Of a stretch of 64,000 nt of DNA, positions 23,164-32,192 are shown in pieces. Every line of letters starts with the position of its first letter. The first letter of the stretch is position 1. The position numbers and the translations under genes were made by a program. The notes below the pieces were generated by a model. That model was not told the origin of the DNA. It ran no database searches and worked only from the letters and a program-made list of their open reading frames with translations. This DNA comes from an uncultured Actinomycetes bacterium (GTDB taxonomy: Bacteria; Actinomycetota; Thermoleophilia; Gaiellales; Gaiellaceae): NCBI GenBank assembly GCA_963753525.1, contig CAVWCS010000005.1, positions 768,603 through 832,602 on the forward strand, given 5' to 3'.

Positions 23164-24027
23164 ATGCGCACGATCTGGAACGGATCCATCAGCTTCGGGC
23201 TCGTGAACATCCCGGTCGGGCTCGCGCTCGCGACCCAGCGGCAGGATGTGTCCTTCCGCACCCTGCACCGGGAGTGCGGCACGCCGATCAAGCAGAAGCG
23301 CTGGTGCCCGGTCCACGAGCGCGAGGTTGAGGCCGACGAGCTCGTCAAGGGCTGGGAGTTCGCGAAGGGTCAGTACGTTCTCGTGGAGGAGTCCGACCTC
23401 GAAGCGGTCGCGCTGACGCGGTCGCAGTCGATCGCGATCCTCCGCTTCGTCCGTCTCCAGGACGTCGACCCCGTCTTCTTCGACCGCACGTACTACCTCG
23501 CGCCGGCCGACGCCGATGCGCAGCGCAAGCCGTACGTCCTGCTGCTGCGCGCGATGGAGGAGTCGGGCATGGCCGCAGTCGGGAAATTCGTGCTCTGGGG
23601 TAAGGAGAACCTCTGTCTCATCCGCTCGCAGGACGACGCGCTCGTGCTCGAGACGCTGTTCTTCGCCGAGGACGTCCGCTCGAAGAAGGAGATTGAAGAC
23701 GTTGTTGGGGCGACCGTGCTGGCCGAGGCCGAGCTCCAACTCGCGGGTCAGGTCATCTCGAGTCTCGCGGGCGAGTGGACGCCGGAGGACTTCGCGAACG
23801 ACTACCGCGAGGATCTCAAGCAGATGCTCGAGGCGAAGCTCGCCGGCCACGAGGTCGTCGCACCGGAACCGGTGTCCGAGGCGCCGGTGATCGACCTCAT
23901 GGAGGCGCTCCGCCAGAGCGTCATCGACGCGCAGGGGCGCCGTGCTGCGAAGACCTCCGAGAATGGGAAAGCCGCCCAAAAGAGCGGCTCCCGGTCACGC
24001 AAGGCGCCCGCGCGCAAAAGCGCGTAG
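23164..24027 (+). CDS. ku: Ku protein (non-homologous end joining)
   Basis: Internal ATG of ORF 22939-24027. The protein reads MRTIWNGSISFGLVNIPVGLALATQRQDVSFRTLH...YVLVEESDL...FFDRTYYLAP, canonical bacterial Ku, with a basic C-terminal tail. Confidence 0.93.
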   Translation: MRTIWNGSISFGLVNIPVGLALATQRQDVSFRTLHRECGTPIKQKRWCPVHEREVEADELVKGWEFAKGQYVLVEESDLEAVALTRSQSIAILRFVRLQDVDPVFFDRTYYLAPADADAQRKPYVLLLRAMEESGMAAVGKFVLWGKENLCLIRSQDDALVLETLFFAEDVRSKKEIEDVVGATVLAEAELQLAGQVISSLAGEWTPEDFANDYREDLKQMLEAKLAGHEVVAPEPVSEAPVIDLMEALRQSVIDAQGRRAAKTSENGKAAQKSGSRSRKAPARKSA

Positions 24028-24045
24028 CGCAGAATCTCGTTCGCC

Positions 24046-24216
24046 TTACGCGGCGTTCGCCTGTGATGACGCCGCTTGCATCTGCGCCTGGAACAGGTGT
24101 TTGTCGATCTTCCCTTGATAGATCGGCACGCCCTCTTCGACGCAGACTCGGATCACTTCCTGGCGCTCGAGACCGAGCTCCTCCGACAGTTCTTCGGGCG
24201 TGAGGTGATTCGCCAT
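24046..24216 (-). CDS. Small (56 aa) hypothetical protein, possible helix-turn-helix
   Basis: Hand-translated: MANHLTPEELSEELGLERQEVIRVCVEEGVPIYQGKIDKHLFQAQMQAASSQANAA. A strong SD (GGAAGGAG) lies about 8 nt upstream of the ATG. The ORF is below the track cutoff and converges on ku. Confidence 0.55.
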   Translation of the reverse strand: MANHLTPEELSEELGLERQEVIRVCVEEGVPIYQGKIDKHLFQAQMQAASSQANAA

Positions 24217-24241
24217 CTAGTTCGACTCCTTCCCAGGAACG

Positions 24242-24273
24242 AAAAAACCCGCCGCGCGAAACGCGCTGGCGGG
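24242..24273 (-). terminator. Canonical intrinsic terminator on minus strand: CCCGCC(A)GCGCG-UUU-CGCGCGGCGGG followed by U6
   Basis: The plus strand shows AAAAAA CCCGCCGCGCG AAA CGCGCTGGCGGG. This is an 11-bp GC stem with one bulge. The U6 tract ends 25 nt upstream of the small-ORF ATG and 8 nt before its SD. Confidence 0.6.
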
Positions 24274-24305
24274 CTAGTCCGAACCCTCGGTTGTCCTTGC
24301 GAAAA

Positions 24306-24334
24306 CCACTAGTCGGAAGAATATGCCCTAGTGG
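24306..24334. promoter_or_regulatory. Inverted repeat CCACTAG-N15-CTAGTGG in the divergent intergenic region; right arm overlaps the GTG start of the hydrolase gene
   Basis: Perfect 7-bp arms read directly from the sequence. The AT-rich spacer GAAGAATATG contains a minus-strand TATTCT (-10-like) hexamer. Confidence 0.35.
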
Positions 24335-25252
24335 TGACGGAGAGCAAGCCGCGTCTTGACGGATTCGACGATCGCGAGCTCGTCGTGGACGGCGCGCGGC
24401 TGCGTTACGCGGTTGGAGGACCACCGGCGCCACAGGCGCAGGGGTCTCTCCGCCGGGCGTCGTCGGCTTTGCCTACGACGCTTCCAGCTTCACCCCCGGG
24501 GCTCGTGCTCGTGCACGGCCTCGGCGGCACGATCGAGAACTGGCGCGGGCTCGCGCCCGCGCTCGCGCGGCGCCACCGTGTCCTCGTTCCCGACCTGCCG
24601 GGGCACGGGCACTCCGAGCCGTTGCCCGAGGCCGCGCACCTCGACGACTTCTCCGACGCGGTCTTGGCGATGGCCGAGGCGGAGGGGATCGGCAGCGCCG
24701 TGTGGATCGGCCACTCACTCGGCGGCACGGTTGCGCTCCGCGCCGCGGTAAGGAAGCCTGACGCAGTGCGCGGGCATCGTCCTCGCCGCGGCAGCCGGGA
24801 TCGGCTCATCGACGCGCCTCGGCCGCGTCACCGTCACGCTGATGGGGCTCGCCCAGCCCGGCAAGGCGATCGCTCCGTTCCGGCACGCGCTCGCCGGCTC
24901 GCGCCTCGGGCGGCGCCTCGCGTTCGGCTGGTGGGGTGTCGGCGACGCCGACGCGCTCGAGCCCGAGCTCGCGGAGGGCTTCTTCGAAGGACCCGCGCAT
25001 CATACGAAGACACGCCAGGCGGGGCGCGCGCTCCTCGCCACCGATCCGCTCGACGGACTGGAGCAGATCGCGTGCCCGGTGCTCTGCCTCTGGGGCGCGA
25101 CCGACAAGTGGGTGACGCTCGACGACGGGGTCGAGTACGCGCGCCGCCTCGGCGCACCGCTGCGGACGATCGCCGGGTGCGGCCATCTCCTGATCGGCGA
25201 GCGCCCCGAGGTCTGTCTTGCCGCGATCGAGGAGTTCGTCGCTCGCCTTTGA
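24331..25252 (+). CDS. Alpha/beta-fold hydrolase; one apparent +1 frame break near 24772
   Basis: ORF 24331-25260 is good up to ...LVLVHGLGGTIENW...VPDLPGHGHS...WIGHSLGGTVALRAAVRKPDAVR. The frame then continues in ORF 24842-25252: ...GIVLAAAAGIGS...CPVLCLWGATDKWV...IAGCGHLLIGERPE. The raw sequence CGCGGGCATC has one extra G. Confidence 0.85.
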
Positions 25253-25256
25253 TTTC

Positions 25257-25631
25257 TTAGCCCGCGACCGGAGCCTCGAACGGGATCACCTCGCCGCCTG
25301 CCTGCTCGTCGTCCGCGCGGGACCCGCCGCCGAGGAACTCGACCCGTCGCGCGACGACCTCGATCGCCGTGCGTCGCTTGCCTTCGTCTTCCCACGAGCG
25401 CGACTTGAGCCAGCCGTCGACGGCGACGCGCCGTCCCTTGCCGAGGTACTCGGCGCACAGCTCTGCCTGGCGGTCCCACGCGCAGACGTTCACGAAGTCG
25501 GCGCCGCCGTCCTTGCTCGCGCGGTCGACGGCCAAGAGGAAGCTCGCCACCTTCTTCTCTGGCGCGACTTCGCGCAACTCGACGTCGGTCGCAAGGTTTC
25601 CGATCAGCGTGACGATGTTCATGGGAGACAC
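25257..25631 (-). CDS. ssb: Single-stranded DNA-binding protein
   Basis: 124 aa, MNIVTLIGNLATDVELRE...FLLAVDR...FVNVCAWDRQAELCAEYLGKGRRVAVDGWL.SRSWED, an OB fold. An acidic tail ends in ..IPFE. Confidence 0.9.
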   Translation of the reverse strand: MSPMNIVTLIGNLATDVELREVAPEKKVASFLLAVDRASKDGGADFVNVCAWDRQAELCAEYLGKGRRVAVDGWLKSRSWEDEGKRRTAIEVVARRVEFLGGGSRADDEQAGGEVIPFEAPVAG

Positions 25632-25678
25632 GGTAGAGCGCGATTCGTGACAACGGGCTCAAAGGTTCGTGCCGGTAG

Positions 25679-26743
<1,065 letters not shown>

Positions 26744-26746
<3 letters not shown>

Positions 26747-26868
26747 CTCGCGAGTGCTGCGCACTCGCTTCCCAGCAAAGCCCTACAGCACGGAGCCGAC
26801 CGGAGACCGCGCTCTCCGGTCGGCGCCGTTCGATTGACAGCGAGCAAGTCCGCAGGACTTGCGAGCTA
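26744..26868 (+). repeat. Structured intergenic repeat, copy C (3' half of the family plus a 5' terminal hairpin)
   Basis: Starts at the TAG stop of mreB. Hairpins: GCGAGTGC-TGC-GCACTCGC (26750-26768), GCCGACCGGAGA-CCGCGC-TCTCCGGTCGGC (26795-26824) and GCAAGTCC-GCA-GGACTTGC (26844-26862). The ends are TAGCTCGCGAG / CTTGCGAGCTA. Confidence 0.75.
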
Positions 26869-26878
26869 ATCTAGGGCG

Positions 26879-27817
26879 GTGGCTACCCGCGGTCGTAGCG
26901 CGCGCTCGGCGGCGCTCGCCCAGTCCGTCCAGCGTTCGAAGCCGACTCCGTACCCCTCGAAGGTCCGCAGCGCGCTCGTTCGCCGTGCGGTTCTCGTCGC
27001 GCTCGTGCTCGTCTCGCTGACGCTCCTCACGATCTCGTTTCGCTCGCCGACGTCCGGCGCGCTCCACGACATGCAGGGCGTGGGCTCGTCGGTGCTCCGG
27101 CCGTTCCAGATCGCAGCCGAGCGCGTGGCCCAGCCCTTCCGCGACGCGTACAACTACTTCGACGGCCTCGCGAACGCGAAGTCCGAGAACGCGAAGCTAC
27201 GGCGGGAGGTTCAGTCGTTACGGAGCCAGCAGCTGATGAGCCTCGAGGCGGCGCAGCAAGAGAAACAGCTCGCGAAGATCCTCCGCTACAAGGACGGCTC
27301 GAAGTTCCCGAACGGCTACAGCCTGGTGACCGCCCGAGTCATCTCGTCCTCGGCGAGCCCGTTCGCACACTCGCTCGTGATCACCGCGGGCTCCTCATCG
27401 GGAATCGCGGCGGGCTCGCCCGTCGTGACCGGCGACGGCCTCGTGGGGATCGTGTCGACCGCCTATCCCGACACGGCCCTCGTCACCCTGCTCAGCGATC
27501 CGCAGACCGTCGTGCCTGCGGAAGACCTTCAGACGAACGCCCGCGGCACCGTTCATACGAGCAGCGCCGGGGGGCTGATCCTCGACTATGTCTCCAAGCA
27601 GCTTCCCGTCTACGCGGGTGACGAGCTCGTGACGCTCGGGACCATCGACCCGCGGCTTCCGGATCTCTACCCGGCCGACATCCCGATCGGCACCGTCACG
27701 TATGCCCACGCCACGGATACGTCGTCGTTCCTCACGGTGGAGTTGCAGCCGTTCGCGAATCTCAGCCAGCTCCAAGCCGTCTCTGTCCTCGTCGCGACGA
27801 AGAAGCATCACAAGTGA
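26879..27817 (+). CDS. mreC: Rod shape-determining protein MreC
   Basis: 312 aa with an N-terminal TM segment (VLVALVLVSLTLLTISF), a coiled-coil part and a beta-rich C-terminus. Sits between mreB and mreD. Confidence 0.85.
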   Translation: MATRGRSARSAALAQSVQRSKPTPYPSKVRSALVRRAVLVALVLVSLTLLTISFRSPTSGALHDMQGVGSSVLRPFQIAAERVAQPFRDAYNYFDGLANAKSENAKLRREVQSLRSQQLMSLEAAQQEKQLAKILRYKDGSKFPNGYSLVTARVISSSASPFAHSLVITAGSSSGIAAGSPVVTGDGLVGIVSTAYPDTALVTLLSDPQTVVPAEDLQTNARGTVHTSSAGGLILDYVSKQLPVYAGDELVTLGTIDPRLPDLYPADIPIGTVTYAHATDTSSFLTVELQPFANLSQLQAVSVLVATKKHHK

Positions 27818-28338
27818 GCTCCTGGGATGGCGTGAAGATCGCCGTCCTGCTGTTCGTGGCGGCGGTGGCTCAGGTTTCGGTCTTCTCCCAGATCGACGTG
27901 TTCGGGGCGGCGCCAGACTTGCTGCTCGTGACGCTCGTCGCGGTCTCCCTCCTGCGCGGCAGCGTCGCCGGTGCGGTCGGGGGCTTCTTCGCCGGGTTGA
28001 TCGTCGACACCGCCTCGCTCGGGACGCTCGGCCTCACGTCGCTCGTCCTCACGCTCGCCGGCTTCTGGATCGGCCGGTACGGGGAGACGACCGGACGCGC
28101 CCGCGCGCACGCGCCGTACCTCTCGATCGCCGTCATCACGATCGTCTACGAGGTCGGGCTTCTCGTCGTCCACTTCGTGCTCGGGGAGAGCGCGCCCGCA
28201 GGCGCAGTCTTCGCGAGCCTCGTGCCGGCGGTGATCCTCAACCTAATCGTCACAGGCCCCGTCTACGCGCTGGTGCGACGACTCTTCCGGCCGCTCGAGC
28301 GCAGTGAGCTCAGCGCGGAGGTGCAGCTCCTTGGCTAG
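27814..28338 (+). CDS. mreD: Rod shape-determining protein MreD
   Basis: 174 aa polytopic membrane protein with a 4-nt overlap with mreC, in the canonical position. Confidence 0.8.
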   Translation: MSSWDGVKIAVLLFVAAVAQVSVFSQIDVFGAAPDLLLVTLVAVSLLRGSVAGAVGGFFAGLIVDTASLGTLGLTSLVLTLAGFWIGRYGETTGRARAHAPYLSIAVITIVYEVGLLVVHFVLGESAPAGAVFASLVPAVILNLIVTGPVYALVRRLFRPLERSELSAEVQLLG

Positions 28339-30368
28339 TGCCGCCGCAGGACGCGCGCGCGGCCGGGCGAGAGACGCCGCGGACGCCGAGCGCGAGCCCG
28401 CCGTCGAGCCATATCGCGTCACGCCGAAGCTCGCGCGCCGGTTCGCGATCCTCGGCGCGCTTCTCCTCATCGGCTTTGCGGCGCTCGTGATGCGGCTCTG
28501 GACGCTGCAGGTTCTCGCCGGCTCGGAGTACGCAGCGCGCGCGAACGCGAACCAGACGCGCGAGGTCCCCGTGCCAGCGGAGCGCGGCGCGATCGTCGAC
28601 CGGAACGGCGACCCGCTCGTGACGAGCGCGGCCGTGACGGCGGTCGACCTCTATCCGTCCGGGCTGCCGAAGCTCGGCGAGTCGCGCCACGCCGAGCTCG
28701 AGAACCTCGCCCGCATCACGCACGTTCCCCTCCGCACGATCCTCCACGGGATCTCGGCAGCGGGATCGGGCGAACGACACGCTCGACCCCATCGTCGTCC
28801 GCCCCGGGGCTCCGGCGCCGCTCGTGACGTACCTTCAGGAGCGGCTGAGCCAGTTCCCCGGTGTCAGCCTCGGCCAGACCTACGTCCGCCGCTACCCCCA
28901 CGGCGATCTCGCGGCGCAACTCTTCGGAGTCGTCAGTCCGATCACCGAGCCGGAGTTGCAGGCGAACGCGAAGCAGGGGTTGCAGCCTGGCGACGAGATC
29001 GGCCAGTCGGGGATCGAGTACGCGTTCAACTCGTACCTCCAGGGCATCGACGGGTCGGCGCGCGTTCGCGTCGACTCCTTCGGGCGGCGGCGCAGCCAGC
29101 GGACGCTCGTCACGCCCGCCCAGCCGGGGCAGACCGTCCGGCTGACGCTCGACACCGGCCTCCAGCAGGCCGCACAGAATGCGCTCGCGTACGGGATCCA
29201 GCTCGCCCACAACAACCACGAGTGGGCCGCCGACGGCGGCGCGATCGTCGCGATGGATCCTCAGACCGGCGCGATTCTTGCTGCGGCGTCCTCGCCGACG
29301 TACGACCCCGCGGTCTACAGCGGCCGCAGGAGCCAGCACGCGCTCGCGGCGCAGGGCCTCACGAACGCGACCGGCCTCGCCCACAACTTCCCGGCTCTCA
29401 ATCGAGCCATCGACGCGGAGTATCCGCCGGGCTCGGTCTTCAAGCCGCTCACCGCAATCGCCGCGCTGCAGGAGGGAATAGTCAATCCGTATGCGTTCGA
29501 GCCGTGCACCGGGACGTACGTGGCGCCCGAGGATCACTCGCACCACGTCTGGCACAACTGGGACCCGAACGTCGATCAGGGGATGAACCTGCCGACGGCG
29601 ATCGGGTACTCGTGCGACACGTACTTCTACCAACTCGGCAATGCGTTCTATCTCCTGCCGCCCGATCGCGGTCAGCCCGAGCAGAAGTGGGCTCGCAAGT
29701 TCGGCTTCGGGCGAAAGGCGCCGCTCGGGAAAATTGGGCCGCAGGCGAGCGGGCTCCTGCCGACGATCCCGTGGAAGCACCGGACGTACACGCTTAAGAC
29801 GGACCCGTGCTGCTGGCAGGTCGACCGCTTGTGGAAGCCGGGAGACTCGATCCAGCTCGCGATCGGCCAGGGAGACCTTCTCGTGACGCCGCTCCAGATG
29901 GCACGGTTCTACTCGGCGATCGCGAACGGTGGCAAGCTCGTCCAGCCGCACATGCTTCTCGACGTCGAGAACCCGAACAAGACGGTCGTCCCGACCGCGG
30001 CGCCCGTGGCGCCACGGCCGATCGCGGGGCTCAGCCAGTCGACGCTCCGGGTCGTGCAGACGGGGCTCTTCGAGGGGACGCACATGTCCTTCGGCACGTC
30101 GTACGGCGTCTTCGGCCACTTCCCGGTGCCGATCGCCGGCAAGACGGGTACGGCCCAGAAGGTCGTGCAGCTACCGGGCGGCACGCGCGACGAGAACCAG
30201 TCGTGGTGGTGCGGCTACGGGCCGTTCAACGCGCCGACGCTCGTCGTCTGCGCGGTGATCGAAAACGGCGGCTACGGCGGCTCGGCCGCGGCGCCGGCGG
30301 CGGAGCAGGTGTTCGCAGAGTTCTTCCACGTTCACACTGGCCAGCTCGGGTACATCCACTCAGACTGA
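28304..30368 (+). CDS. mrdA: Penicillin-binding protein 2 (elongasome transpeptidase); one apparent +1 frame break near 28770
   Basis: ORF 28304-29797 gives the TM anchor and ...LWTLQVLAGSEYAARANANQTREVPVPAERGAIVDRNG. ORF 28824-30368 continues ...YLQERLSQFPGV...RRYPHG...GSVFKPLTAIAAL (SxxK), SCDT and KTGTAQ. The start is uncertain (ATG 28304 or TTG about 28331). Confidence 0.9.
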
Positions 30369-30378
30369 GGGACGACTG

Positions 30379-31563
30379 ATGCTCGAATACGCGGGATCAC
30401 AGAGAGCGGGACGGCGCGAGCGCGAGGCGCCGCACCTCCTTGCCGTCGTGCGCTCGCTCGACTGGATCCTCGTGATCAGCCTCGCTGCTCTCCTCGTCGT
30501 GGGGCTATGGGGGATCGGAGGCGTGACGAGCCACGACATTTCGGGCAATCCGAACTACTTCCTCGACCGGCAGATCCTCTACGCCGCGATCGGCGGGATC
30601 GTGCTCGTCGGGGCTGCGCTCGTCGACCCGGATCTCTACCGCCGCTACTGGCGCGTCATCTTCGGTGGCATCTCGGGTCTCATCGCGGTCGTCTTCCTCG
30701 CGGGTCATGCGGCGAGGGGCTCGACGCGCTGGATCAGCCTCGGCTTCTTCACCTTCCAGCCGTCGGAGTTCGGGAAGCTCCTCGTCGTCCTCGCGCTTGC
30801 CGGGCTGCTCGCCGAGCGGCAGGGGGCGATCGGGCAGTGGAGGACGACGCTCAGGGTGCTGCTCTTCGGGGCGGTGCCGGTCATGCTCGTGTTCATCCAG
30901 CCGGATCTCGGCACGGCGCTCGTCTACATCGCTGCGCTGGGGGCGATGCTCTTCGTCGCGGGCACGCCGTGGCGCCACATCGTGACGCTCGGGACGATCG
31001 TCGTGCTCCTCGTCGTCGGTGTCCTCTGGGCCGGCCCCGCCGTCGGCATTACGGTCCTCAAGGGCTACCAGCAGCAGCGCTTGACGTGCTTCTTGCACCC
31101 GCAGACGTGTCCCGCCGCCGCCGGCTACAACCTCATTCAGGCAAAGATCGCGGTCGGGGCCGGCGGGATCAGAGGTCAAGGCGTGAACGGCGCGTCGCAG
31201 AACAATTCCGGTTTCCTCCCCGCCAGCAGCACCGACTTCGCCTTCGCGGCCTTCGCAGAGCAGCGCGGCTTCGTCGGCGCCGTGATCCTCCTCGGGCTCT
31301 ATCTGCTCGTGCTCTGGAGAGGCCTCCGCGTAGTGACGGTGGCGCGCGACCTCTTCTCGGCCGTCGTCGCCGGCGGGATTGTCCTCGCGCTCTTCTTTCA
31401 GATCTTCGTGAACGTCGGCATGACGATGGCAATCGCGCCGATCACCGGCATCCCGCTGCCGTTCGTCAGCGTCGGCGGCTCGGCGATGATCGCCAACCTC
31501 GCCGCGATGGGCGTCCTGCTCGCGATCCACGCCCGCGGCCGCGCTTCTCGTCGCCGGCGGTAG
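30379..31563 (+). CDS. rodA: Rod shape-determining protein RodA (SEDS family glycosyltransferase)
   Basis: 394 aa polytopic protein with ...RWISLGFFTFQPSEFGKL...FIQPDLGTAL...GYQQQRL...GGIRGQG...LPASSTDFAFAAFAEQ.GF, the SEDS motifs. Confidence 0.93.
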   Translation: MLEYAGSQRAGRREREAPHLLAVVRSLDWILVISLAALLVVGLWGIGGVTSHDISGNPNYFLDRQILYAAIGGIVLVGAALVDPDLYRRYWRVIFGGISGLIAVVFLAGHAARGSTRWISLGFFTFQPSEFGKLLVVLALAGLLAERQGAIGQWRTTLRVLLFGAVPVMLVFIQPDLGTALVYIAALGAMLFVAGTPWRHIVTLGTIVVLLVVGVLWAGPAVGITVLKGYQQQRLTCFLHPQTCPAAAGYNLIQAKIAVGAGGIRGQGVNGASQNNSGFLPASSTDFAFAAFAEQRGFVGAVILLGLYLLVLWRGLRVVTVARDLFSAVVAGGIVLALFFQIFVNVGMTMAIAPITGIPLPFVSVGGSAMIANLAAMGVLLAIHARGRASRRRR

Positions 31564-31752
31564 CTCGCGGACTCGACGGCCGGAGGCTAAGACAGCGCGA
31601 AGCGCGGCTTAGTCGCAGGCTCTCCCACTCCCCGGCGCGCGCCGTAGGCGCTCGCCGCTGCGGGTAACGAGGTCTCACGTAGGCGCGGAAGACCGCGCTC
31701 TTCCGCGCCGGAGTTCCCTCAACAGCGAGCGAGTCCGCAGGACTCGCGAGCT
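31561..31752 (+). repeat. Structured intergenic repeat, copy A (full length, ~192 nt)
   Basis: Starts at the TAG stop of rodA and ends at the stop of convergent ORF 31752-31946. It aligns along its whole length with the reverse complement of 51137-51319. Hairpins lie at 31683-31708 and 31729-31747. Confidence 0.8.
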
Positions 31753-31946
31753 CAGGCTGCGGCCGGCCGCAGCCTCGCGCGGCGGGCGCGGATCGCGCGG
31801 AGGCGCTGCGACAGCCGGGCCCACGCCCATGGCTCGATCTCGTGATAGCGGGTCTCCGCCTGGCTCCGCGTCGCCTCGAGGTACTCGAACCATGCGTCGG
31901 CCTCTTCGATCATCAGGAGCTCTTCTGCTTGACGCTTTGCCGCCAC
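31752..31946 (-). CDS. Small hypothetical protein (64 aa)
   Basis: GTG start preceded by GGGAGGTG. The protein reads MAAKRQAEELLMIEEADAWFEYLEATRSQAETRYHEIEPWAWARLSQRLRAIRARRARLRPAAA. No family recognised. Confidence 0.45.
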   Translation of the reverse strand: MAAKRQAEELLMIEEADAWFEYLEATRSQAETRYHEIEPWAWARLSQRLRAIRARRARLRPAAA

Positions 31947-32192
31947 ACTTCACCTCCCGTCGTGAATGGGCGGGATCCTAGGTCCGGGACCGGACGGAGG
32001 CGTCGCCGCTGAGCCTGCAAGCGTCGCCGGCCGAGCCGGCGACGCGCGGGCAAAGGACGGGGTCGCCGTTGGCGGCCCGGGGGCACTGCTACCCTGCCCT
32101 TCGAGGCATTCCATGCTTTCCACTGACAACAACGAGCGCGCGCGGGTCCAGTACTGGGCCGCGGCTGCGCGCCACCCCGAAGGAGTTTCTCT

